From contig OZ004607.1 of assembly GCA_963924565.1 (NCBI GenBank), forward strand, positions 30,442,001 to 30,506,000: 64,000 bases of DNA. The letters run 5' to 3'. This DNA is from Ascidiella aspersa (taxonomy: Eukaryota). This document shows positions 34,841 through 49,832 of the stretch, in pieces (the stretch's first letter is position 1; the number at the start of each line of letters is the position of its first letter). Below the pieces are notes generated by a model. The model worked only from the letters and a program-made list of their open reading frames with translations, made no database searches and was not told where the DNA came from. A program made the translations under genes and the position numbers.

Positions 34841-37800
34841 TGGATAAATTAGCGATAATTATAACTTCGTCTCGCGCGCATCCTATTGAACTGAATAACA
34901 TTAGTACCAACGACTAGAAGTTTTAGCCTTTCAGAAAACAGCTAGTTTTGGTCTGACAAAATTCATTCACAAATAAACCTTTACCTGTTTGTGCAGATCC
35001 CCTCCCAGATTCTACTTTAGAATAACTGTTAAAAGATGAACTACCAATACGCAAAGCCAACTTGTACTTAAAAATACATGCGTTGTACAAAGTTTGAAAC
35101 AGATACAGCCATTTACATGAACCTAATTTTGCCTGCATCCTAAAAATCAAACACAAATGTTAAAATGAGACTCTGTGATTAGCTTTCTCTTTAATTAGAG
35201 CAAAAATAATATTACAAAAATATATAGAATCTTTTTCAACCTAGATTTATCCCCACCTGTATTTTCGCCGATTTATGGATCAGTGTAAATTTTACTAATG
35301 AATTGGCCATATACCAAAGACATTGAACATTTCAAAGCCTCTTTTCATCTACTGTGAACTACATGATTCGAGCATGACATCATAAAGGCCGTCTGTGGCG
35401 CAATAATAACTCATCTCTCTTGACAATTAACGTTAAGCGGTCGATCTAAAATGAGCAAAGGGAATCGAGGCAATAAAGTTGAGGTATAGTCGGCGGTACC
35501 GTAGTTGTTTACGTTGGCATATTTTAGGACTAGTTGATTGCAATAATGGGCTTAGCTTGACCTTCGTCTATTCAGTGGTCTATTTTAAGCAAACGAATTA
35601 CTTTTTTCCACCCTGGTAAATGGTTATCGGCTGTTGGCCAATAGGCACGAAAACAGGAGTGGAAAATTGATTAAGTACAGCTTTTATTGACCATGTAAAC
35701 TAAACATTTTCCTCCCTTAGTTAGTTCACATGGTCAAATTATTTTACCTTTTTTTCTTAAAAAAATTGTTAAAAAAATAAAAGCCTGGCCTTTTCCGAAG
35801 TTTTTTCTAATAAACTGGCGTTAATTGTTTGAGTGTTGCTATATTGACAGTTGGAAAATCCATCATAGATTTAAAATTCATTTAAAACATGACAACTACT
35901 ACGTGTCACCGACACGTAAGTTGCAAAAACGAGTCAATAAACCGTTCGCGTATCGCCCGTAAATCGCAGCAATAAATTCTCCTGGCAAAAAGTCGCTGCG
36001 AAGAAACGCTTCGCACTGTTTATTGCAACTTTATAGAACGTTTCGCACCGGGAAACAATGTAGGTTAATCCACTTCAAGAGAAAAAAAGTCCCGCGGGCG
36101 GCAAGACTGTTTAGTATCCAGTAAGCAAACGATAACACTTTACAGCTAAATCTAGAGACCGCTTTTCGGTTTTAAAACCTCGACTTTTGTCAATTAGCAA
36201 AGCTGCCCAATTTAAGACATATACGTATTCAATCAGAGTTGAGTAAAATTGTGTATTCAGAACCAAATTTAGGAGTTTTATGTGGGGCATCCTGTATATT
36301 CAAAAGCAAAGTCTGGGAAAGGAACTAAAGGGCTAGTGCTAATCGCCGGATAAAAAATCGCGCTACGTTTAATGCACAGAAAATCGTTTAAGGCACCGTA
36401 AAAGAGCTTTCGAGTAAGCGACACAAACGTTTATTGCAAAAACCATCGCTTTCTTTCTTATTCGATTAAATACGTTAATCAGATTATAGTCGCGTCATCA
36501 ATTGCTAAAGGTTGAAAAACACTGCTGTCAATATATTGTATAGTTATTGAGTTTGCTAAACAAGCGCCGAAAATTTATTTCGTATTTGCATTTGAAGTTT
36601 TGTGTTTTAGCAACAAAAAATTACACTCCAAAGTAAAATACAAAAAAATTTAAACATTTTCCAATTAAAAAATAGTGGGATATTAGCAGCTTTTGAACCG
36701 TTTGCTGTTAATAAACCCACCCAGCTTTCATAATACAAATCAAATTAGTCGGGAACGTCATATGCCAACCGAGCAAGCGCCTATCAGGCAGGAATGCCGC
36801 CTGGGCAAAGCAGGGGTGTCAGAAATGGAAGATGACCAAGCAACCTTGGCGTATCGCAAAAGGCGACCTTGACTCCCCACGCGCGGCTTTCAGGAAACCG
36901 CAGAAGTGTTGCATCTAGGTCGCCAAGCTACTGCATGCCGCTGTTATAGGGTCGGCGGAGGTCCAGCCAAAGTGAGCGGTAATTATACCTTCGCAAATGG
37001 TCGTACGACTCAGCTACGCGCAGCCGCGTTTCTATAACCGAGCGAAGGGGACTTTTGCTACATTGGATGTTTCCAACGATATTCTCACATTTTGTGAAAC
37101 ACAGATTAATTCCATACATTTTCTACTCTCATTTTTGTATTTTCTGTTATCCTACCAATTTATTCTGTTTCTGTCCCCTACTGTGCAACCAGGCAAGCTG
37201 CAAAACTGTCATAATTTTTTTAAAACAAGTCTGTCACAATGCTAACTTACTTTTTTTTACTCGCTGCTTAGTCTAAATTATCCTGCACTGTACAACACCA
37301 AGATATAACATAATCTCAAAACACAGGCGGAAATGTGATTAAAGATGCAGGGTTTCTACTCAAGTAAAGGAACACGCACGACTAATCACGGCTCAGTGGA
37401 TAAATTAATGATAGAGCAAACAGCAAAAGTTGTCCGTGTTTTTTCAATAAATTTCTAATCAGATAGGCGCACAAACAAATCACGCTCAGCTTGGACAGGC
37501 ATTGCGCGCGCAACCCCCTTGTTACGTCACAGATGCCAGCAATCAAGCGGACATGGGTGGGAGGAATGACTGGAAAGAACACGCGGCCGTGATTATTTTC
37601 TGATCAGCCGCCTTGCATCAGCGTCAAATACATGTTCCTAGGCGCTCGCGGCGCGCCGGTAATCGAATAGGAGACCTTGCAAGATCCATTAATTTGGCTT
37701 AGCTGGATGCGGGGAAGGTTGGACGTACGGAAACCGCGAGGGACTTGCCGACAATTAGGATTCCGGTGCTCGTATATACGCCCCGCAGCCGCCCAGGCGA

Positions 37801-40800
37801 GCGATTGGATTCGAATCCTGTCAAACAGCAGCGGGCACAAATTGAGGTTGTTTATTCGGCCATGCAGTCGATAAGAGATCGATTAAAAGTAAGAAATGTT
37901 GTTGCTGCGCAAAAACTGGTTTCAATCTTTTATTTGATGAAAGAAAACAAATAAACCGCAGTTAAATAAAGGCAGTATAACGACATTCACGTTTTGTTTA
38001 GTATTGGTACACGAAATGTAAGCGCTCTTGTATTTTTAGAAAAGCTGCCACGTTTATGCAAATTAGAATGCTTTAATTAGTTGATCAGCTAGGCGGAATC
38101 TATTATGTTATCATTTTTATTAAAACATACTGCACCAAAGTTTAACAGAAAAATCAAATCTAAATATAGGCTAAAGGTTTTTCTGCCGCCATTCCATAGA
38201 TAAGGTATCCGGAAATCTACTTCCACTGAACGAAATATGTACAACGTATAAAATAATAACTAGAAAGGAAATTTCATCAAACAGAATTACCTAAGAAGGA
38301 AATTACAAACTACCAAGCAAAGGAATTCGTGTAACAGATTCCTAGACGGACCAGTGTCTTAACGGCACAAATTCCCTTTGCCTGTTTAGCGCATCCTTTA
38401 GCTGTAAAAGCGAACTGAGAAACAAAAAGCCACTTAGACGAGAAAGAAACCGTCGCTCATCTTTCCAATTATTCCCGCAGATCAAAGAGTCTGTGGAGGG
38501 TAACGCAGTTGGGTGCGGGGCAGGTTAAATTGGTATACACACACAATATACTGGGTGTCGGGTGACAGACAAGAAACTAAGACGCTCCCGTCACTTTTAG
38601 TTGCATTTCAGACGAATATCAAGCATAGTAATTTGGCATCTTAACGGATGGCCAGACACTTGTTATAAGTAATCGAATTTTCTAACTTTTACCTTTTCTG
38701 TAAACCATTCGCAAGTGCAGCAGGCTAACGATAAACTGAAAAAATGTTAAGCTAATATCAGCTAAGCCTTTTTACATTTTTAAGTGCGCCACACCATCCA
38801 GGAGCGATTTTCTAAAACAAGTAGATCGATTATCCCTAAATATACTTTGATGGCCTCAAAAAAACGTGGCCTAACTGTGGCTAATAAGACTCTTTTTCTG
38901 GCTGCCAGGAAACAAAACTATATTTCACATTATTCCCAGATTAAGTAATAGGCTATTTATATCGAACATTTGAATAAATATGTGCAAATAAATTCTGCAA
39001 AACTTATCTTAAAGTACGACTTGCAGAGCACTTACATTCCACAACAATGTTAGCAGTGCCTAACTTGCAGAAAAAAAATGAACAGCAAATGACCGTAAAT
39101 TGCAAAGCTATCAGAATGGTAAAACCGCAGACGATTTGTGGAAACTAAAACAATAAACCTTGGCTTGGATGGAATGCAAATCTCACGAGAACGTAACCTG
39201 ATACGATAAATCATTTCGAAGCCGCATTGGGGAAGTACAGTTTTTAGACATGCGCTTACAATAGACATTTAATATGTACGAAAGAAAACATGAAGAAATC
39301 ATTTAAATTGTGACAATTGCCTATTTCATGTAATGTTTACTATTTTTGCTCAAGTATCAAAAAAGAGAGGCTGATTAAACGACGATAACATTCAACTTGT
39401 GTAAGGTAATAATAGTACAGATTTCCTTTAATTGGTGGTGTGATATTCACATTTTAGCTTTGTATGCACAAACGTATGGCGATAGCTGTTCGAGATGTTA
39501 CAAGGATTTAAAACTTCCGTAGGCCCTCATGTTACGTCATAACCCACTCCAAAAGAGTGTTCACACCAAAGGTACTATAGGGTTTCCGTCAGCAGTATCA
39601 ACAAGAGGACGACTGGATTACTCAGAAACATCGATTTCGACAACCTCACCACGCACAAAGAGTGTTGCTTTAGTCCGACTTTTTAACGCCTGCTTTGACG
39701 CCGGCCTAAAAACACACGAACTGTTGTGTTGGAATAACAACTAGCCGGAACAACGCGGCCCGACTGCGATTCTGTTCAACCTCTTTTGTCCGAGAAGGGA
39801 TCTGACCTTTTACCTTAACGTAGGGAGTTGGCATGAGGGTAACGTCGATTTCCCTGGCGTTATTCCAGGATCTCATCTGATTCAAAAAGCGATGGTTTCA
39901 ACAAGCAATTCTTCAAATTTTTTGGCATAAAGTGTAAATTGCCACCGGCTTTGCAACCCGCTTAATACACCTTCTCTGGGCAATATTACCGAACCGAGGA
40001 AAGCACTTTGCAAACGAGGGTTACGCATAAAACGCAGTAACAAAAATATTGTTGATACTTTGCAATCAAATGTGTTGAAATCACAAAGCAACACTTTGTC
40101 TACACAGCAAACATTGTTTGGGCTGCCAAGTAGCTAAAACTGTTTAATACAAGGTAAACTAAAGCTTGCTGATTCTGCCCTTCAAGCGACTATAGTTTAT
40201 CCCTCGTCACGTATTGTGACATTTAACTGCCATTGGCCTAAAGTTAAATTTACAACGACCATATTACCCCCTACTCAGCTATTTAATTTCAATATGTATA
40301 CGTTAAAGTGCCGAAGTCCTTGCAAAAAACATCGTTCCTTAACTAAATTCATTTAACTAAGATCATAGTCAACAGAAACGCATCAGTGCTGCTTGTACCT
40401 ACCATTGCTTATCCTACTGCCCCTACTATTGGCCTAAAATAGAATAAGCTTCTCATTAACTATAACGCTAACTGTCGCAACGAAGAACTGCCTGGCAATG
40501 GACTGACGCGCCACTGTAGACGGGCAAAAGAAGGAATACAGGAGAAGGGGACTGTCCCCCGCTGCGCGCGCCGATCTCGCGACGCAAACCATCCGATCGC
40601 GGGGGTCGTCCGACGATTGACAAATCGAAACGATTTTTCGCCCGAGCGCTTCCATTGACAGGAAAGGGATAGCGCCCGCAAAAAAACGCTCGGCCAAAGC
40701 GAGCGCCTAAGAAGGCCGCCTCCTCGCCCGCAAAGGCCCCTTGTCCGTCGCCGGCGTTTTACGACGCCAATGTAGGTCCATTGCCCGCAAAGGAGCCCGA

Positions 40801-43800
40801 GCGAGAAAAAAACGGGTACTGGACGTTCTCACGCTTCGGTCAGCGGCGGCGTCGCTTTCAAATCTCGTTAGACGCGGGACAGTGGCTCTTGGCGCGGCCT
40901 AGGACTCCAATCAATGCAGTGCAAATTCGATCAACGCAGCGCGCGTATCTTGTTAGTGCGACTTGCCTAAGCTTTTGTGAGTAAAGGCGACCGCAATGGA
41001 CCCTGTGTTTTTGGCGCCTCGCCGTCCAAACTTGCGCCGGTCGAGTTACTCTTGCGATTTATCCTATTAGCGTTGGACGGTAGAAGCGACGCAGTGTCTT
41101 TTTTTACTGAGTCGATGTGTATTGTGTATTAGCCAATTGCTTGATTCCTATCCTCCATTTAAAGTAAACTGTCGTCGGTGCTTATGCGAAAAGCAAATCG
41201 CTAACCTGCACATAAATTTCGTCAACTTTAGACTTACAACAAGCATTCATTGTGGAAAATGTTTGATTACCTACCAGGAGAACTCCGGTGTGTTAAGCTC
41301 AAAACCGTAACGAGTTTAAGTAAAATTGCTGTTTATTTTAGTGTAATAATTTTTTAAATACAAAGTTGATTTTTGGAATAATATAAATTCGCTTTGTACT
41401 TTTAAGCGCATTGAAATGCGTGCTGGCGTGCTTACGCATCATGGAAACCTGGAAAAAAGAAATCACGCATCGGATTCCGTCGCTCAATACAAATGAAAGA
41501 GTTACAAAAAGCGCGGTTAATTTCATGCATTATTCACACAATAGTTGCCACGCGAAGCTAGCGACGTCGCAGCAATTTAAAAGACGTCGCCAGCTTTGCG
41601 TGGATAGATTAGTTTCTCCAAGCGGGGATGTGGTAAAGAAATGAAAACTGCTTCCTACTCCAAGGCGACTCAATAAAAAACGGTGCTTCTCTACCTTTTT
41701 TGCGTTACTGTTCGCTGTTACTGAATTTTCTGCTACGCGTGGTCGACTTATACCAAGCCTTTCAACAATATTATTTAAGGCCACCAATAATGCAGCAAAA
41801 TAATTATAAAAAGGTTAATTTCTTACACAATTCTTCTTCATGAGTTGTTCAACATGATTTGAACAATATAAGATGAACAAGTTAATATGCATGTTTTAAA
41901 AGATTCTATAGTTTGTATTTTCCCCAAACAAAATTAAAATATATAAGGCAAAGTGCGGCCCATCAAAAAGCGCTAATATAAATCATTCGTTTAAAGCTGT
42001 AACAATCTGGTCTGCCTATAGCCTGGTTTACGGAATTAAAATAGTGTAAAAATTTTTTGAGACGGTATCACTTCATGTCGCACTTTAAAGACGCATTAGC
42101 ACTGAACATAACTCACTCGCGCTGGTGACATATCGTCAACAAAAATCCTTGCCGCAAGTGCATTTGTCTTGGTTTTGGAGACAGTATCGAAGGGACGATC
42201 GCGACCGACACCAAGTACACAAGGGATGATCCATTTGCTTATCGGTAATCGCCCGAGATCGCCTGTGTCCGATTGCCCGAAAGCGATCCGACGACCTACA
42301 ACAAACAAAATCAGCCACTTGACCCGGGAAAGCCCTTTTACCGACAAGACGAAACAGAATAGCGATTGGAACTGGCGACCGCGACGGCGGCCAACCAGTC
42401 GAAATTGAAAACTAAAAATTGTACTAATTTCGGCACCAATCCTTCAATCTAAAACAAAGTTCTAGACTTGTTGCTTCTTTCCGGCTTTGCAGCCTAAAAT
42501 AGTTTTGCGTATGAACAAGAACATGGAGTGCTTGTTTCATAACCCTCGTGATTTGGTGAATATACTGGTTAATTGTATGTCTTTCCCCCATTTTTATGCC
42601 AAAGGAGAAATGCGCCATTAAGGTTTAACTAGAAATACTACGTACATTCGTACAAACAAGACGTTGCAATAATAATAAATATTGTTTAGTAAACCTGCAT
42701 TCACCCAACCTAAAGCTACACAACACTGAACCGCCAAAAATACATTGGAAATGCACTTTCAAAACGATTTCCACACGCCGAAGTAAACTTATTAAAAACG
42801 ACCTCGCAATAAAAGCGCAGTTATGCCAATGGAAAGAGGAATAAATATTTTAGTCAACCGTCGCCCTGAAAGCACTTACACGTCATGAGAAAAATAAAAG
42901 AAGAACAATTGCTCGATATTCGGGTCCAATCACCTAATCGAGATTTGGCTTTTAACTGTGCTACCGCCAAACAAGCTTCCACACTTAAGCCAAGAAAATC
43001 AACGCATTTCAAATCCGCTGCAATGCCAAGATGAATCAGCCAAAAATCCTGGTCCGTTGATCAAGATCAATTTCTTTTTCGCGCTGAGATAGGTCGCCCG
43101 CGGACCTGCTGACGCTAACCGGAGGCGACATGCGAACGCGACGCGCAACATGCGTAGGCGACTCGCGACAAGCGACGTCCCCACCGCGCATCACCCATCC
43201 TGTGTTTATCGATCCGGTAAAACCGCAGCACTGTGCTATACGCGCTATGCTTGAATGTTATGTGTAATGGGGCGGCTCGATATAAAACGCCAGCACGCGG
43301 ATATGAAGACTTGACCAGCGCATTTTAACAGATATTTACGAGCATGTATAAACATGATACATCGTTGATATTTTCGTAACTATGGGGAAGTTTGAAAATC
43401 CAAAAAGGATTGCAAGAGCGTCTCGGTAAATTAGGAAAAGGTTTGCACTGCAAGTCAAATGAAAAATGACGCTTTTTAAAGTACCACTGTAAAGAGCTAT
43501 ATCAATTCTTCAGAACATGATAACTTGCTTCTCTTTAAGCATTATAGTACAATAAGAGTTTATTGTGCCTGCAAAATCGTGATATTAAAACTTCATTTGT
43601 GTCAAAATGAATTAGGGTGATTAGAATTAGAAAACTTTTTCACCTTCCTGATTTCCACGAAAAGGTTTTATATCGTGATTTCTCTGATTATAACAGCACT
43701 GGGTCGAGTTGAAAACGCATTAAACACGTCTGCCTCTTTCCTGGTAAAAAAAAAACCTGCAGGCATAAATACAGCACATTTTATCTGTCTATATGTCGCG

Positions 43801-45356
43801 CTTAGAAGCGCCAGCAAAAAATATTTTTTGTCACCACAATCGCTAAAATCGCAGTTTGTTATCAATCCAATACAGAAGCCGTGGATCAATCGCCGATTTA
43901 GGCCATTAGTGCATTTCTTGGTGAGATATGTGTTCATTCTCGATTGACTTTGAGATTTTAACTTGGCGCCGGGGTACTTTGCAATCGATCGAATTCAGAA
44001 AAAAACTATTTCAACGCATATTTCGCATCAATATAGGCTCTGGTAACGTAATTTCGACAATTGTATTTTGTTATTTGCGACTGCGTCGTATCAGAAAAAC
44101 TAAAGGATAAGCACTAATGCAAAAAGCAAAAACGTCTGCATGAAAAAATTGGCACAATATATTTAAATTGCCGCTGTTTATGTCTGTAGTTTACACAAGA
44201 CAGCGGCAGTTAAGACAAATTAACGTAAAAATTGCTTACATCATGCAACACATATAAATTCGGCATGAGCGACGAATTTTTTAATTTAAATGAGTAAATA
44301 TATATATATATATATAGATATAAGTTATACGCTTTGCGAATGTATGTTACTTGAGGCAAATTGCGTTAATCTAATTTCGTTCAGTGGCAAAAGTCAATTC
44401 AAAGTTGCAAACATACACTAATAACAAAATTCTTCACAATGAAAACACGCATTCCTACATTGAATATTATTTAAACATTTTCGCATTTCAAATAATTGTT
44501 TTTATCCTAGCGTGCGCACCACACTTTTTTGAACCAGAGCTCAAAGTTTTAAAGAAAGCCGGTATTTTTTATGTAGAGTGGCCCACGTAATGACGGCTTA
44601 AAACTGTGTCTAAAGTAAACTCTAAAATTTGCATTACGGCCCGACCGAAAAACGTTGGCCCGGTCCTGGTCAAAATGGTTATGTAAACCGTCCTAAATCC
44701 GTAAAGCAACTTGGGTACCTCTATATAATAGAGCGCTCGATATATCGAAGACCTTAATCGAGTTAGGGACGGTTTTTGATCGACTCACGTAATGAGCTCC
44801 GCTGGTTAAAGCTACACTCCCTAGTTTGCAACACGCAGTGTCCCGGGTATATAACGCAATTATGCTCGTACAAGTGCCAACGGGCATTTCCAGGTTCGAT
44901 AAAAAATGGGTAAAGTTTAAAGCGGTTCAAAGCATGCCAGCTTATAAGAGAACTATGGCCTACTGAACGACATCAATGTACACAAATTGCGTTTTAACTT
45001 ATATAGTGCTTATTTAACTGTCGCACTGTAATATGAAACCAACGCTAATGATCCTAATAGGCAATTCTCTCTCAGTAATTTTTATAGACTTTAGACTGGT
45101 ATTGAGGATAACTGTCTCGAAAGTACTAATAGTAAAAGCATTAAGTTTGTCAAACACTGTGACAGCGCAATCTCCTTTAACATTATAGTGATGGCGACGT
45201 AAAATAAATAGTATATTATCACAAAATATTTGTAAAAGCTTTAATTTGGTCTTTAACTTGGTCACTCTTGTTCCCCAAGGTGTTTTTTTTTAATCTATCC
45301 TAACGATTGTTTTTTGAAAAACGTATTTAGTCGTGTCACTCTCTGTTTAACTACAG

Positions 45357-45892
45357 CAGTGATTCCCAAACTTTGTTTTCTCGCGTACCATTTTGAGCTT
45401 TTGTACAGTGTTGATGTACCACCTAAGTTACACCTTACTAGAATATCTCAAACTTTAAATATTTTAGCATATTATACAAAAGAAAATGAGCATGTTAGCA
45501 GAATTAAACTTTACCAAACGCCATACCAGGAAGACAAAGAAGCCATAAATCAAACAAAACCCAAGGTTCAATGCGATAGTTGTTTTTTTTTCACCAGCTG
45601 GTCAATACATACGACAATACTACACCTCTCACTATTGGTTTATTACTACATATATATTAAACCAGCTAATAATTAGCGTTTTATTATCTTGAACAAGATA
45701 AGTGTTACGTCATAAACGTTCGAAACCTCAAGTTAAAGGTAACTAAAACGCAGCACGGCAAATTACCCAATCTGAAAGTTTTAAAAGTTGAACGTTTTCG
45801 AAATTGATACGTATGCTGAAGTTAGTCGCGTACCACCTGAAAGACTCTCGCGTACCACCGGTGGTACGCGTACCACAGTTTGGGAACCACTG
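45357..45892. mobile_element. hAT-Charlie-like MITE, 536 bp
   Basis: TIRs CAGTGATTCCCAAAC / GTTTGGGAACCACTG, perfect 8-bp TSD AACTACAG, and repeated subterminal CGCGTACCA motifs that include the 22-bp palindrome CGCGTACCACCGGTGGTACGCG. Confidence 0.92.
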
Positions 45893-48800
45893 AACTACAG
45901 CAAGCTTAAGTGTTAGCTAGGATTTATTTCTCAAAGGAATAAATTCCAGTCAATATAAAATAAGGGACTTGCCTTCAAGGGCCGCTTATCGAACTGCACC
46001 TGAAAACTTTACCCACGCAGTGGCCTTTCATCTTTATCAGGTATTAAGTCAATTCCTTCTTACGAGCTCAATAAACATTTGAAACTTCCCACTAAAAAAT
46101 TTAAGTGTGATTGCACTGCCAAAATAAATAGAGTTAAAAATTGAAAAAAATGAATGGGGTTTGTAAATTGAAAAAAATCTTGTAACAGTCAATCTATCAG
46201 GTTGAAGCAACAAATATACAACGGTGGTGCGAAATCTTGTAAAACATGTAATTTGTCATTTCACATTGCCTCGAATTTACCGATATCAAATTAAAGGAAA
46301 AATAACGCCATCTAACGATTTTAAACTTTGACGCTGTCAACTTTTACCACAGAGGTAACTAAACTTTAAACTGCTAGGATGTTACAAAAATGATTTGCTC
46401 GCTATTTATTTAAAGTAAAAATTCCAATACTCTTTGCAAATTGACAGCGAAACGTCACCTGGTAACCAACCTAAATTTTCTAAGCTTATATCTCCAATGT
46501 TGATAAAATCGTAAATCTTTGTTAAACATACAACGGAAATGTAACAAGCCGTTTGCGCAATCCCACAGAAATAAGCCACTTGAAAATAAAACATAAGTCG
46601 CACATTATTAAGGGACTTCTGGTAGAACCTGTCAAAGTGGGTCGCACGCACTTAAAAAGCGAAGCACCCTTTGCCAGGGTGTAAGTAGGTCGGAGCTTTG
46701 TTCAAAAAATTCGAAATAGTGTATGTTCGCGATATGGCGGTTGTACGATATCTCCCACTCGACAACAAAGCATTCGGTAACTATCAGGAAACTAACGTAA
46801 GTTACTAGTAAACACCAGGCGTAAAGTTAAATCGTGCCCACCAACCTTTGTGCGCTTCGCTTGGAGTTCTCCCTGTACGCTTTCACAACTTTTGGATGGT
46901 TTAAGAAAATTTTCGCACTTGCAATTTTACACTTTGCATTTGCATGACTCGTTTATCTCTATCATAAGTGGAATACACAAATCGCATTATAAAAAAATTC
47001 TCGCATTGTGCATCTTGCATCCAAATTACAATAAACCTTCCTATAAAAACTATTAATGTGTGCTAACTTGGCCTTCTATATTAAAAGATAAATATTTAAA
47101 TTATTACAAAAATAGATAATTTTATTTTATAAATACAAGATTTGCAGCAACGTATAGTTTCCTTCAAACAATTGATACAACTGATATTCCCTGCTATAAT
47201 ATCTGTTCAGCTCTACGACAAGTTTCATTGCTTACAATTTCCGTCGATTCACTACAATATAGCATCAGCTTTTTAAGAAAACAAGTTTTTCTACACTCAC
47301 GGCTCCAAACCATAGAATGGTCATCGCTGGTAATTCAGCAAAAATAAAATTATTTCTTTTAAATACAGCCTTCGGATGTCACTCGGTGGTCACCCCTGCT
47401 CTACCATTGGTAATATAGCTTTATTAAAAAATGTTAACAATGTACGTTACTTGTTACATGATATCTACTAGCATGTCAAAATAGATTACGGCCGCTAACA
47501 AAATCGCGGTACTGCGTAACACGTAAATCGACCTCGACAATACAATAACCGTCACTTGGAAAACGACAATCTATCGGCGCTGTGAGAAACGCCAAACGTC
47601 ACTTTGAATTCGGCGCGCGAGAAAAGCGTCGTGCCTCGTAACAATCGACTTTCGATTTGTCACCGGCCGTAAAACTTGGCTCGGACAACGCGCGCGTCGC
47701 CGTCGCGCAATTTGTCGCGTCACAATACGAAAGCGGCCAGAGTGACCCGGTACTGCAGTTGGGCGGAAGAGCAATTACGGCGCCGGCCATAAAACGCGCC
47801 AGCATGAAGATTTGAGCGGTCGCTTCACAGCCTTGCGCCGATCCAACGTCGTCCTTTACGAGGGTATGAGACGCGTAAACAATTCGAGCGGGAATCGCTT
47901 CTAATCAGTACCGCGTCTATGGGGATGCACCGCAAAATGCAAACGCGCGCGAAAAAGCGACGGCGAAATTTCTCAAACTATATAAATCGTGATTTTAAAC
48001 CCTTTCTAGCCAAGTATCTCTTAGTTTTTTTTTAACACAGCCCCCTAACAAATAATTTTTGTACGCGTGAATCAAGGGCGGAATGAATATTTTTAAGGTC
48101 ATAAAACAAGACTCAGGAAATCTGCTAAATAAGTCGAACACAAGCGAAAATATTTAACTGTGTTTGTTTAAATTTATTTACTAAAATTTCCAATAGTTCT
48201 TCATTAGCTCCTAAGAAAACTACGGTTTGCGTACCCCCAAGAGGTACATATACATAGTATGGCAAAAAATATTCTAAAATATAGTCAAATGTTATTAAAA
48301 TTTGTTGCAATAAAACGAGCTTCCGATTCTAGCCACACATTTTATATTATAGGTCGATTTATTGTGGTAAGAGAGAATATCACCCGCGGCAGCCGAAATG
48401 ATATTACACTTGTGGCTATTTTTCTAAATTTTGTGTAAGACCTGAAAGCTGCTCCCTTACCGCCTCAATGTCCTTTGGATCATACCAAGAGTATTACGTC
48501 TGCAAAAGATTACGAATTATTGAGTGAAGTGGTGTCTAGATAACACATTAATTGTTAGTTTCTTAGGACGTTGCGATTTACACAATTTTGTACAACTGAG
48601 GGGCACTATACCTAGTGGTTGAATCTATTCATAACTTACAGTCTTATTGAAAAAAGCTCCTTAACTATTTTGTTATTTTTTCAGCAAGCTAAAAGCAATT
48701 CAAAGCCAAACTGAAGAAATTCCCAAACGCTAAACGGGCAAAATGTTTCGTTATTATCCACTACTTGCTAACGTTATGTGAATGTCTATCAGCCTCCTTC

Positions 48801-49627
48801 GCTTCTAAACAATTTCAGCACAACTACACTCACTAATAAATCTGATTAAGCTATCACGTTTTTTTAAATAGATTGCTCTATAAATGGCAGATCTGCAAAC
48901 GATGTTTCACACATAATCCCCAGAGTCACTATAAATTACTTTAAAGCTATGTATAAGTTTTGCTGACTTTTTCTGTAACATACCAAGCAGTCATAAATGA
49001 TTAAAAATGTGACATGTTTAAAATAATTTTTATTCTGAAAATTGCATTAGTCCACTTAAAACATGCTAGCAATCCTGCATTATCACACTAATAAGCGATA
49101 GCCTGAATTTAAACCTTACATTGCTGCAGTAAAATATAAACAACCTAAACCTTTACAAACCTAATCCAAAATTTGATGTCAAATTTTCTCAACTTCCCAT
49201 ATCAACACCTCTAAACCGCCATCGTTAACCGAGATTTATTCACTGAATCGATCGACCGGCCGAAATTATTCTCGAAAAAGAATAAAAGTCGCGCTGCAAA
49301 GCGACTGACTAATTGCAAAGTGATTAGATCTGTCATACAATGGACTGGCCCAGTGACGCCGGGGATTTGATTTTGACTGAATTGAGAGTACGACGGTTGG
49401 ACGCGACTCCATTTACTGGCGTGATACCATTGTGGGGCCAGCGGCGAACGCGGAGTAGGTGCGATCGCTTTCGCGGGAGTCAATTATTTCGCAAGGCAAT
49501 AAACCATATGGGATAAACGACTGCAAGCCGAACTTTGCAGGCTTTATCTTACCGCGGTGTTGAAGAAATGTAATGTGTGAAAATATTTATGAAGAAATTG
49601 ACCGTTTAAAGTTGTGGTTTCAAAACT

Positions 49628-49832
49628 GGGCGCTGGTCTAGAATCCTACCACAACGAAACACCATTTGGGTTAGGGTGCGGGTTAGCGTTTGGGATAAGG
49701 TGGGTCAAGTATTATTATTAAACAAAGACTATAATAATACTTGACCCACCCACACCCGAACGCTAACCCGCACCCTAAGTCAAATTTTGTGCGTTGATTT
49801 TAGAACTGTGGTAGGATTCTAGACCAGCGCCC
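49628..49832. mobile_element. Foldback MITE with long inverted arms
   Basis: Perfect 25-bp TIR GGGCGCTGGTCTAGAATCCTACCAC and an inner inverted pair TAGGGTGCGGGTTAGCGTT..GGTGGGTCAAGTATTATTAT. Flanked by direct repeat CAAAACT (7 bp, or 9 bp with one mismatch if the termini are GG/CC). Confidence 0.88.

Noticed and set aside
36850-36930. GGCGACCT...AGGTCGCC inverted pair as a possible structured RNA
   Set aside because: Only an 8-bp stem, with no ribozyme, tRNA or SRP core.
44780-44900. GGTTCGAT B-box-like word as a tRNA or SINE
   Set aside because: No cloverleaf and no properly spaced A box.
46406-46651. ORF fragment ISVVCLT..LPG resembling a LINE endonuclease
   Set aside because: The catalytic Glu and all other APE motifs are missing, so it is likely chance.
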